Assembly: GCA_016125165.1 (NCBI GenBank)
Contig: WGMH01000006.1
Span: forward strand, 127,274-191,273
Direction: 5' to 3'
Length of the DNA stretch: 64,000 nt
Source: Alphaproteobacteria bacterium
GTDB taxonomy: Bacteria; Pseudomonadota; Alphaproteobacteria; Micropepsales; Micropepsaceae
Made by a program: the position numbers and the translations under genes. A model generated the notes under the pieces. The model was not told where the DNA came from, did not search any database, and saw nothing but the letters and a program-made list of their open reading frames with translations. Positions 1-7,608 of the stretch are shown here, piece by piece (positions within the stretch are counted from its first letter, which is position 1; the number at the start of each line of letters is the position of its first letter).

Positions 1-2
1 GT

Positions 3-539
3 CCCGCGCTATATCGCGCACCTGCAGTCGATGGAGATCTCGCTGAGCAGTTCGCGGCGCGCGCTCGTGCCATCTATGCCGAAGTGCAAATTGTGGATTC
101 GGAATCGGATATCGCGGGCGCTATCGCATCCATCCTGCGTGACAAAAATCTGCCTGCGCGCATCCACGTTCCCCCCGCCAGCGTGCTCACCGCGCACACC
201 GGCAATCTCGAAACGCTCGCCACGCCGCCGGGGCCGGACGACGCGGCACTTGCACACGTATCCTTCGGCATTGCCGAAACCGGAACGCTGGTGAACGCGG
301 CTGGCGAAGGCACACCCGCTTCGTGGCATTTCCGTGCCGGGCTCGAAATCGCCGTCATCCACGCGCGCGACATTCTCCCCCACATGGAAAACGCGCTTGC
401 GAAACTGAAGCAGCGCGGCGCTCTTCCCAACACGATCAATTTCGTGAGCGGCCCATCGCGCACCGGCGATATCGAACAGACGATGGAATTGGGCGCGCAC
501 GGCCCCAAGGCATTGGCGATATTGATTGTGCGGAGTTGA
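3..539 (+). CDS. LUD-domain protein (LutC/YkgG-like lactate utilisation protein C), 5' end cut by the window edge
   Basis: Frame 3 is open from the window edge, so the listed ATG at 84 is internal. The C-terminal part (FVSGPSRTGDIEQTMELGAHGPKALAILIV) matches the conserved tail of LUD/LutC proteins. Confidence 0.6.
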   Translation, partial: PALYRAPAVDGDLAEQFAARARAIYAEVQIVDSESDIAGAIASILRDKNLPARIHVPPASVLTAHTGNLETLATPPGPDDAALAHVSFGIAETGTLVNAAGEGTPASWHFRAGLEIAVIHARDILPHMENALAKLKQRGALPNTINFVSGPSRTGDIEQTMELGAHGPKALAILIVRS

Positions 540-580
540 ACTCCCCGTGTCATGGCCCGCGAATGCGGGCCATGACAATT

Positions 581-1051
581 CTATGTGGCGCTAGCACTCA
601 AACTCCCAATCCGTCCGGCCAGTTTGTCCATCAATTCGGAAAGCGTCTTGCGCTCGTCTTTCGTGAGCGCGGCAAGCAACACCGCTTCCAGATGCAGCGC
701 GAGCGGCACGATCTCGTCATAGATCGCCTTGCCCTTTGCACTCAGCGAAAGCCGCGTGATCCGGCCGTCATTCGCATCGTCCTGTTTTGTGACCCGCCGC
801 ACATCGACCAGCGATGCCACCGCACGGCTCACCTGCACCTTGTCCATCGCCGTGCGTTCGGCCACTTCGCGCGCGGAAAGACCGGACGATCCGCCCAGCA
901 CCGCCATCACACGCCATTCGGCAATGGTGAGCCCGAAGCGTTCGGAATAGTGCGCGGCGATGGCATCCGATACGCGATTGGACAGTACCGAAAGCCGGTA
1001 GGGCAGAAACCGGTCGAGATCGAGTTGCTGCTCCAGAACCTCATTCGGCAT
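581..1051 (-). CDS. MarR-family transcriptional regulator, last gene of the homogentisate operon
   Basis: Winged-helix MarR pattern (LTIAEWRVMAVLGG..LSAREVAERTAMDKVQVSRAVASLV..DGRITRLSLSAKG). Start placed at ATG 1051, an 11-nt overlap with the maiA stop. ATG 1078 is also possible. Confidence 0.8.
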   Translation of the reverse strand: MPNEVLEQQLDLDRFLPYRLSVLSNRVSDAIAAHYSERFGLTIAEWRVMAVLGGSSGLSAREVAERTAMDKVQVSRAVASLVDVRRVTKQDDANDGRITRLSLSAKGKAIYDEIVPLALHLEAVLLAALTKDERKTLSELMDKLAGRIGSLSASAT

Positions 1052-1697
1052 CAGGCTGGTTCTTCGGCTGCGCCGCATCGAAGGCGGGATGCGTCATGGC
1101 ATGGGCTTCTATCCGCGCGATCGTGGGCCAGGTTGCGATATCCAGCTTCACCCGCCGCGCGTTGAACACTTGCGGGATCAAGCAGATATCCGCCAGCGTC
1201 GGCGTATCGCCGTGGCAGAACTTTCCGGTCAATGAAGGTGCCGCCAGCATCGTCTCCAATGCGCCAAATCCCACTTCAATCCAGTGCCGTTGCCAGCCCG
1301 CGACCTGATCATCCTGGGCGCCAAGATCGCTCTTGAGATATTGCGCCACGCGCAGATTGTTCACCGGATGGATATCGCATGCGATGGCATAAGCCAGCTC
1401 GCGGCAGCGCGCGCGGCCGATAGGATCTTTCGGCAGCAACGGTGGCTCCGCCACGATCTCGTCGAGATATTCGATGATGGCGAGGGATTGCGTGATCGTG
1501 TGCCCGTCATGCACGAGCGCCGGAATCAGCTGTTGCGGGTTCAGCGCCTTGTAGTCCGCCGTGTGTTGCTGTCCGCCATCCTTGATCAGATGGATGAAGC
1601 GCAGTTCCGGTTTGATGCCCTTCAGGTTCAGCGCGATACGTGCGCGGAACGCCGCGGAAGAGCGGAAATAGCCGTAGAGCGCAAAGTCAGCCGCCAT
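1041..1697 (-). CDS. maiA: Maleylacetoacetate isomerase (zeta-class glutathione S-transferase)
   Basis: N-terminus LYGYFRSSAAFRARIALNLKGI..QQLIPALVHDG..ITQSLAIIEYLDE is typical of GST-zeta/MaiA. It lies downstream of the FAH-family and dioxygenase genes and overlaps the upstream gene by 11 nt. Confidence 0.85.
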   Translation of the reverse strand: MAADFALYGYFRSSAAFRARIALNLKGIKPELRFIHLIKDGGQQHTADYKALNPQQLIPALVHDGHTITQSLAIIEYLDEIVAEPPLLPKDPIGRARCRELAYAIACDIHPVNNLRVAQYLKSDLGAQDDQVAGWQRHWIEVGFGALETMLAAPSLTGKFCHGDTPTLADICLIPQVFNARRVKLDIATWPTIARIEAHAMTHPAFDAAQPKNQPDAE

Positions 1698-2670
1698 GCT
1701 GGCGCACCTTCTGCTCGATGGTGCCGAAGATCGATTTGCCGTCGAGATCCAGCATGTCGATGCGCACGGTATCGCCGAATTTCATGAACGGCGTCTTCGG
1801 CGCACCCTGCTCGATCTGCTCCAGCGTACGCCGCTCGGCGATGCAGGCAGACCCGCGCGAGCGATCCGTGTTTGACACCGTGCCGGAACCGATGATGGTG
1901 CCCGGCCCGAGTTCGCGCGTTTTTGCGGCATGCGCCACAAGCTGCGGGAACGAGAACGTCATGTCCTCGCCCGCATTCGGCGCACCGAACTGCTCGCCGT
2001 TGAGATAGACATGCAGTGGCAGATGCACCTTGCCGCCGTGCCACGCTTCGCCCAGTTCGTCCGGCGTCACCGCCACGGGCGAAAACGCCGTCGCGGGTTT
2101 GGATTGGAAAAAGCCGAAATTCTTGGCCAGCTCCGCCGGTATCAGATTGCGAAGACTGACGTCGTTCACCAGCATCAACAGCTTGATGTGATGTTCGGCG
2201 TGGCTCGCATCAGTGCCATAGGGAACGTCATCGGTGATGACGGCCACCTCGCCTTCGAAATCGATGCCCCAGCTTTCATCGCCCACAACAATATCTTCGG
2301 TGGGTCCCACGAAGCGGTCCGAACCGCCCTGATACATCAGCGGATCGGTCCAGAAACTTGGCGGCATTTCCGCGCCGCGCGCCTTGCGCACCAGTTCCAC
2401 ATGCGTGACATAGGCAGAACCATCCGCCCATTGATGTGCGCGCGGCAGCGGCGATGCGCAATCGCTGGCGTGAAATGGTTTCTCGCCTGCCACATGGCCT
2501 TCGTTCATCATGTCATAGATACGCGCGAGACGGGCGGCGCAATGCGCCCAGTCATCCATCACGTGCTGCATGGTCGGTGCAATATGTGGAACAGCGACAA
2601 ACCGCGTCAGGTCCCGGCTCACCACGACAAGCATTCCGTCGCGGCCATGTTTGAGCGATGCAAGTTTCAT
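1687..2670 (-). CDS. Fumarylacetoacetate hydrolase (FAH) family protein, short 327-aa form
   Basis: FAH-fold C-terminal half (GTIIGSGTVSN..., FGDTVRIDM). Its position between the dioxygenase and maiA fits a fumarylacetoacetase role. It overlaps the upstream gene by 4 nt. Confidence 0.75.
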   Translation of the reverse strand: MKLASLKHGRDGMLVVVSRDLTRFVAVPHIAPTMQHVMDDWAHCAARLARIYDMMNEGHVAGEKPFHASDCASPLPRAHQWADGSAYVTHVELVRKARGAEMPPSFWTDPLMYQGGSDRFVGPTEDIVVGDESWGIDFEGEVAVITDDVPYGTDASHAEHHIKLLMLVNDVSLRNLIPAELAKNFGFFQSKPATAFSPVAVTPDELGEAWHGGKVHLPLHVYLNGEQFGAPNAGEDMTFSFPQLVAHAAKTRELGPGTIIGSGTVSNTDRSRGSACIAERRTLEQIEQGAPKTPFMKFGDTVRIDMLDLDGKSIFGTIEQKVRQHGG

Positions 2671-3794
2671 TTTGGCTTCCAGCTATCGGCATAGGCACGA
2701 TCTTCGGCGGATTCGGCATCGGCTGTCATGTCCAGCGGATCGCGCGTGTCGATCATCACGGCCACCTCATCGGTCATCGTCTTGGCGGCCTTGGCACCGG
2801 CGGCAAACGCCTTGGGGTGCGGGCCATGGGTGAAGCCGTTCGGGTGGAACGTCACCATGCCGGGGTGAATGTTGTCGCGGCTGAAAAACTCGCCCTGATG
2901 ATAGAAGATCACTTCGTCGTAATCGTCGTTCGAGTGGAAGAAGGGCACCTTCAGCGCGCCCGGATCACTTTCGATGGGGCGCGGCACGAAAGTGCAGACC
3001 ACGAAGCGGTCGGCGACGAAGGTCGAATGCACGCTCGGCGGCAGATGGTAACGGTGGCTCATGACAGGGCGGATATCGCGCCAGTTCAGCTTCAGCGCCG
3101 TGAGATTGCCTTTCCAGCCCACGGCATCCAGCGGATTGAACGGATAGGTGATGAGCGACATTTCTCCCCGCCGCTTCACGCTCACCTGCCACTCGCCTTC
3201 GCGCTGCGATTTGAACGCTTCGTCCAGCTTCGGAGTGTCGAGCGCGCCAGTGTCGAACACCGCATGCGGGCCCAGAAGCCCGCGCTCCGGCAGCTTGAAG
3301 CCGGTGTTCGTCGCTTCGATGCGCAGAAACACCGATGGCGCCTTCGCTTCAAAGCGCCACATCGTTCCGCGCGGCAGAAGGATGTAATCGCCGTCGCGAT
3401 AGGTCATATGACCGAAATCGCAAAAGAAATCGCCTTCGCCCTTGTGCACGAAGAGAAGTAGATCGCCATCGGAATTGCGCGCCAAGGTTGGCATGTCGCC
3501 ATCGCATTTCCAGATGCCGATCTGGCACGACGCGTTTTTCATCAGCGTCATGGGCTTGAAGGGTTCGTTGGCGCCTTCAACGGCCTTCACGGCATCGAAA
3601 GCGCGCGGCCGCAGTGGTCCCTCGAACGACACCCAACCCGTCGGCGGATGCTTGTGATAAAGATGAGTGGCTGGGCCAAAGAAGCCATCACGCCCCATCT
3701 CGCGTTCATAAGTGCCCTCAGGCAGGTCAGCATGCGCCTGCCGCGAAGTTTCGCCTTCCACACGCGGAAATTCGATCCAGTTGCGGCTGCTCAT
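2667..3794 (-). CDS. hmgA: Homogentisate 1,2-dioxygenase-like cupin dioxygenase, short 375-aa form
   Basis: Cupin-type sequence with an HGD-like metal region (FFHSNDDYDEVIFYHQGEF ... TFHPNGFTHGPHP). It sits directly downstream of hppD (ATGA overlap) and upstream of FAH and maiA. Confidence 0.65.
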   Translation of the reverse strand: MSSRNWIEFPRVEGETSRQAHADLPEGTYEREMGRDGFFGPATHLYHKHPPTGWVSFEGPLRPRAFDAVKAVEGANEPFKPMTLMKNASCQIGIWKCDGDMPTLARNSDGDLLLFVHKGEGDFFCDFGHMTYRDGDYILLPRGTMWRFEAKAPSVFLRIEATNTGFKLPERGLLGPHAVFDTGALDTPKLDEAFKSQREGEWQVSVKRRGEMSLITYPFNPLDAVGWKGNLTALKLNWRDIRPVMSHRYHLPPSVHSTFVADRFVVCTFVPRPIESDPGALKVPFFHSNDDYDEVIFYHQGEFFSRDNIHPGMVTFHPNGFTHGPHPKAFAAGAKAAKTMTDEVAVMIDTRDPLDMTADAESAEDRAYADSWKPK

Positions 3795-4873
3795 GCCAGA
3801 ACGCCCTTGTCATCCTTCAGCACGCCGCGGCGCACCTGATCCAGTTCAATGCTTTCGAACAGCGCCTTGAAATTGCCCTCGCCGAAACCCTCATTGCCCT
3901 TGCGCTGGATCAGTTCGAAGAAGATCGGGCCGATGGCGTTCTGCGTGAAGATTTGCAGCAGCAGGCCCTGATCGTCCGTCGGCGCCCCATCCATCAGAAT
4001 GCGGTCGCGCTGAAGGCGCTCCACATCTTCGCCATGACCTTTGATGCGGTTGTCGAGCCGCTCGTAATAGGTATCCGGCGTGTCCTGGAAGGCGACGCCG
4101 CGCTTTTGCAGCCGTTCCACTGTTTCATAGATGTTGTCGGTGCCGAGCGCGATGTGCTGGATGCCCTCGCCTTTGTAGTCGTTCAGATATTCGGCGATCT
4201 GCGATTTGTCGTCGGAGGATTCGTTGATCGGAATACGGATCTTGCCGTCCGGGCTCGTCATCGCACGCGACTTCAGGCCCGTGAGTTTGCCTTCGATATC
4301 GAAGTAGCGGATTTCGCGGAAGTTGAAGAGTTTCTCATAGAAGCCCGCCCACTGGTCCATGTTGCCGCGATAGACGTTGTGCGTGACGTGATCGATATAG
4401 GTCATGCCATCGCCTTCATGCGTGAGACCTTTCGCCGGATCGGTTGGCACAAAGTCCACGTCGTAGATCGAATGATCGCCGTAGCGGTCCACAAGATAGA
4501 TCACGCTGCCGCCGATGCCTTCGATCGCCGGGATGTTCAATTCCATCGGCCCCACCTGATTGGCGAAGGGCTTCGCACCAGCCGCGACCAGCTTCTTGTA
4601 GGCGGTGGCTGCATCCTTCACGCGAAAGGCCATGGCACAGGCACTCGGCCCATGCGCCTTGGCGAAGCGCGAACCGTGGCTGTCGGGTTCGGCGTTCACG
4701 ACGAAGTTCACTTCGCCTTGCCGGTAAAGCGTCACGTTCTTGGAGCGGTGACGGGCCACCGCGCGAAAGCCGAGCGACTCGAACAGTTTGTGAAGCTGGC
4801 CAACATCGGGCGCGGTGTACTCGATGAATTCGAATCCATCCGTTCCGATAGGGTTTTCCCAAAGCTGAGTCAT
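3791..4873 (-). CDS. hppD: 4-hydroxyphenylpyruvate dioxygenase
   Basis: NPIGTDGFEFIEYTAPD..., VNAEPDS..., GIQHIALGTDNIYETV..., QIFT..IGPIFFELIQRKG..GFGEGNFKALFESIE are classic HppD motifs. A GGGAGA ribosome-binding site precedes the ATG. Confidence 0.93.
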   Translation of the reverse strand: MTQLWENPIGTDGFEFIEYTAPDVGQLHKLFESLGFRAVARHRSKNVTLYRQGEVNFVVNAEPDSHGSRFAKAHGPSACAMAFRVKDAATAYKKLVAAGAKPFANQVGPMELNIPAIEGIGGSVIYLVDRYGDHSIYDVDFVPTDPAKGLTHEGDGMTYIDHVTHNVYRGNMDQWAGFYEKLFNFREIRYFDIEGKLTGLKSRAMTSPDGKIRIPINESSDDKSQIAEYLNDYKGEGIQHIALGTDNIYETVERLQKRGVAFQDTPDTYYERLDNRIKGHGEDVERLQRDRILMDGAPTDDQGLLLQIFTQNAIGPIFFELIQRKGNEGFGEGNFKALFESIELDQVRRGVLKDDKGVLA

Positions 4874-4896
4874 GAAGGTCTCCCTGAGCTGAGCCA

Positions 4897-4918
4897 GATA
4901 GTTTCATATGAAACTATC
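4897..4918. promoter_or_regulatory. Perfect 22-bp palindrome GATAGTTTCATATGAAACTATC, candidate operator of the hppD operon
   Basis: The sequence is its own reverse complement. It lies 24-45 nt upstream of the hppD start codon, just upstream of its RBS. Confidence 0.5.
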
Positions 4919-5172
4919 TTGTGGGGGTCAAGCCTGACGCCCGGTTCCCGAAGACGCTGTCCACACCTCTTCGGATGGTTTCCAATTCGTAAAGCAGCGG
5001 CGGGAATTTCCCCGTCTTGCCGTCGCAGAAAATTCCTGGCTGACATACGCAGTGGGCGCGGGGAAAGTTTGAAATTTCGGAACAAAATGGGAGCCGTAAC
5101 GGCAACGGCGAAACGGCACATTAACTCCACGCGCCCTATTCTTTGGCGGCAAGCGGCAACGAGGGGCAGCGT

Positions 5173-6315
5173 ATGCGCGCGTCACAGAGTATCTGGAATC
5201 CGCAAGGCGGCTGGAAGGAAACTGCGCCGTCGCTCAATGGCAGCGCCAAACTGGTGCTGGCGTTTGGCTCCCCTTCTGCGTTCACGCAGGGCGCGCGTTG
5301 GAGCGAATTGCGCGAGCGTCATCCCAATTCCATCCTCCTGGGCTGCAGCACGGGTGGGGAGATTTGCGGGCCAGACGTGAGCGATGAAGCGCTAAGCGTC
5401 ACCGCGCTCGATTTCGAGCACACACGTATCGCCTCCGCCGAGTCCGACCTGGACGATAGCGGCGACTCCTTCTCCGCCGGCAAGCACATCGGCGATCAGC
5501 TTGCCGGTCCGGGGTTGTCGGCGATCTTCGTGCTGTCCGATGGCACGCGCGTCAACGGCAGCGAGCTTGTGCGTGGCCTGCGCGCCTCAGTGGGCGAGAA
5601 CGTCGTCCTCACGGGTGGCCTGGCCGGCGATGGACCACGCTTTGGTACGACCTATGTCGGCCTCAATGCGCCGCCCGCGCCGGGCAAGATCGCGGCCGTG
5701 GGCTTCTATGGCGATGCGCTAAAGGTGGGGCACGGCAGCAGCGGCGGCTGGGATGTGTTCGGTCCCGAACGCAAAATCACGCGCGCCGAAGCCAATGTCC
5801 TTTACGAGCTGGACGGTCAGCCCGCGCTCGATCTTTACAAGCGCTATCTCGGCGAGGATGCCGACGGCCTGCCGGGCAGTGCGCTTTTCTTCCCTCTGCG
5901 CATATATCCCGCCGACAAGCCCGATCAGGCGATCGTGCGCACCATCGTCGGCGTGGACGAAGCCGCCAAGACCATGATTTTCGCCGGTGACATGCCAGTC
6001 GGCTTCTCGGCACAGCTGATGCGCGGAAACTTCGATCGCCTCATTGAAGGCGCCGCAAACGCCGCCGAACAGGCCAAGGGCGGTCATGACGACAAAAGCG
6101 TGGCCATTCTTGTCAGCTGCATCGGGCGCAAGCTTCTGCTTGGCCAGCGCATCCGCGAGGAAGTCGAGGCCGTGCAGGATGTGCTTGGTTCTGGCACGCT
6201 GGTCACGGGTTTCTACTCTTACGGTGAGGTTTGCCCGCATGCCGTCACCGGTCATGCCGAACTGCACAACCAGACCATGACCATTACCACCTTGAGCGAG
6301 AGCGGCGGTGCATAA
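5173..6315 (+). CDS. FIST-domain (FIST_N/FIST_C) sensory protein
   Basis: Typical FIST layout (ILLGCSTGGEI..., FVLSDG..VNGSELVRGL, GFYSYGEVCP). Start chosen at ATG 5173, preceded by GAGGGG. ATG 5143 is also possible. Confidence 0.8.
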   Translation: MRASQSIWNPQGGWKETAPSLNGSAKLVLAFGSPSAFTQGARWSELRERHPNSILLGCSTGGEICGPDVSDEALSVTALDFEHTRIASAESDLDDSGDSFSAGKHIGDQLAGPGLSAIFVLSDGTRVNGSELVRGLRASVGENVVLTGGLAGDGPRFGTTYVGLNAPPAPGKIAAVGFYGDALKVGHGSSGGWDVFGPERKITRAEANVLYELDGQPALDLYKRYLGEDADGLPGSALFFPLRIYPADKPDQAIVRTIVGVDEAAKTMIFAGDMPVGFSAQLMRGNFDRLIEGAANAAEQAKGGHDDKSVAILVSCIGRKLLLGQRIREEVEAVQDVLGSGTLVTGFYSYGEVCPHAVTGHAELHNQTMTITTLSESGGA

Positions 6316-7591
6316 GCTTCTTGCCCACCAGATTCGCACGAACACGCGCGAAAACGGCGAACTGGACATCGAGGCAATGCTGTCTGCGGTGCTGCGCACC
6401 TATGAAGAAACCGATCGCGAGAGGCGTCTGATCGATCGTTCCAATCGCCTCATGGAAGAAGAGTTGAAAGAGGCCAACGAACGCATACGCAAGCATGGCG
6501 AGCGCCGCCTGGCCGAAACGCTCGAAAACGCACCCTGCGCGCTGGCGCTTCTCGACTCGCAGATGAAGCTGCAATCGGCCAATCCGTCGCTGCTGGCGTT
6601 GTGTGACACTGGCAGCGAGGAAAGCGTGCGCGGCATGGATGTGCGCGCGCTGCTGTGCCGGGCCACACCGGATGCCGGGAACATCGTCGATCTCGTGATG
6701 GCGGGAGAACCGGTGGAATTCGAATCCCGCGGGCGCTGGTATCTGGGCGCGGCGTCACAGATCAGTGACGGCAGCCATACCATATCGTTTTCCGATATCA
6801 CGGCGCTCAAGGAGCGCGAGGCCGCGCTGGCGATTGCCAAGGAGGCTGCCGAATCTGCCAACCGGCTGAAATCGCAGTTCCTTGCCGTGATGAGCCATGA
6901 ACTGCGCACACCGCTCAATGCCATTCTGGGCTTCTCCGAGATCATCCGTGATGCGGTGTTCGGAACGCAGGAAGTGGCCTGGACGCGCTATTCCAGCTAC
7001 GCCTCCTCAATCCATGATTCCGGGCGTCACCTGCTCTCGCTCATTTCCGAGATTCTCGATCTCTCCAAGATCGAGTCGGGTTCCTACACGTTGCATCCGG
7101 AGCCGATCGATGTGGCGGAAATTCTGCGAGAAGCCTATGGCCTTGTCGCCTCTCAGGCGATCAAGGACAGCGTCACGCTTCACCCCCTGCCATTCATGAC
7201 CGATCTTTCCGCGAGAGCGGATCGCCGCGCCGTCAAACAGGTGATCCTCAATCTTCTATCGAATGCCGTGAAGTTCACGCCGCCAGGCGGTGATGTTTCC
7301 GTGCATATCGAAGCCGATGGTCACATGATCCGCGTCTCTATAAAGGACACGGGCATTGGCATCGACCCCGAAAATATCGATGCGGTGTTTCAGCCCTTCC
7401 ACCAGGGCGATGCGCGCCTGGCGCGAAACTTTCAGGGAACGGGTCTTGGCCTTCCCATCAGCCGCGCGCTGATGCAGATGCATGGTGGCACTATCGTGCT
7501 TGAAAGCGAACAGGGGATTGGCACCATTGCGACCATCATGCTGCCGCGTGTCGCCGTCATCACCGAAGGCATGAGCGGCATCGCCGCCTGA
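6308..7591 (+). CDS. Sensor histidine kinase (coiled-coil/PAS-like, HisKA, HATPase_c)
   Basis: H-box FLAVMSHELRTPLNAILGFSEII and G-boxes DTGIGI and GTGLGLPISRALMQMHGG. The GTG start overlaps the FIST stop by 8 nt (GTGCATAA). Confidence 0.88.
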   Translation: MHKLLAHQIRTNTRENGELDIEAMLSAVLRTYEETDRERRLIDRSNRLMEEELKEANERIRKHGERRLAETLENAPCALALLDSQMKLQSANPSLLALCDTGSEESVRGMDVRALLCRATPDAGNIVDLVMAGEPVEFESRGRWYLGAASQISDGSHTISFSDITALKEREAALAIAKEAAESANRLKSQFLAVMSHELRTPLNAILGFSEIIRDAVFGTQEVAWTRYSSYASSIHDSGRHLLSLISEILDLSKIESGSYTLHPEPIDVAEILREAYGLVASQAIKDSVTLHPLPFMTDLSARADRRAVKQVILNLLSNAVKFTPPGGDVSVHIEADGHMIRVSIKDTGIGIDPENIDAVFQPFHQGDARLARNFQGTGLGLPISRALMQMHGGTIVLESEQGIGTIATIMLPRVAVITEGMSGIAA

Positions 7592-7608
7592 TCCTTTGCT
7601 TCAGGCGG
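7584..7608. terminator. Hairpin shared by two convergent genes (CCGCCTGA-9 nt-TCAGGCGG)
   Basis: 8-bp stem whose arms contain the TGA of the kinase and the TCA (reverse-complement stop) of the aminoacylase gene. There is no clear U-tract. Confidence 0.3.

Noticed and set aside
581-3794. Alternative reading of the operon as a gentisate pathway (gentisate dioxygenase, maleylpyruvate isomerase, fumarylpyruvate hydrolase)
   Set aside because: The first gene is an unambiguous 4-hydroxyphenylpyruvate dioxygenase, which produces homogentisate, and the dioxygenase metal region looks HGD-like. The alternative is not fully excluded without a profile search.
3614-5380. 588-aa ORF on the plus strand
   Set aside because: It runs antisense to the well-supported hppD gene and on into intergenic DNA. 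Its Arg/Ala/His-rich, low-complexity composition is typical of shadow ORFs in high-GC DNA, and no family motifs are present.
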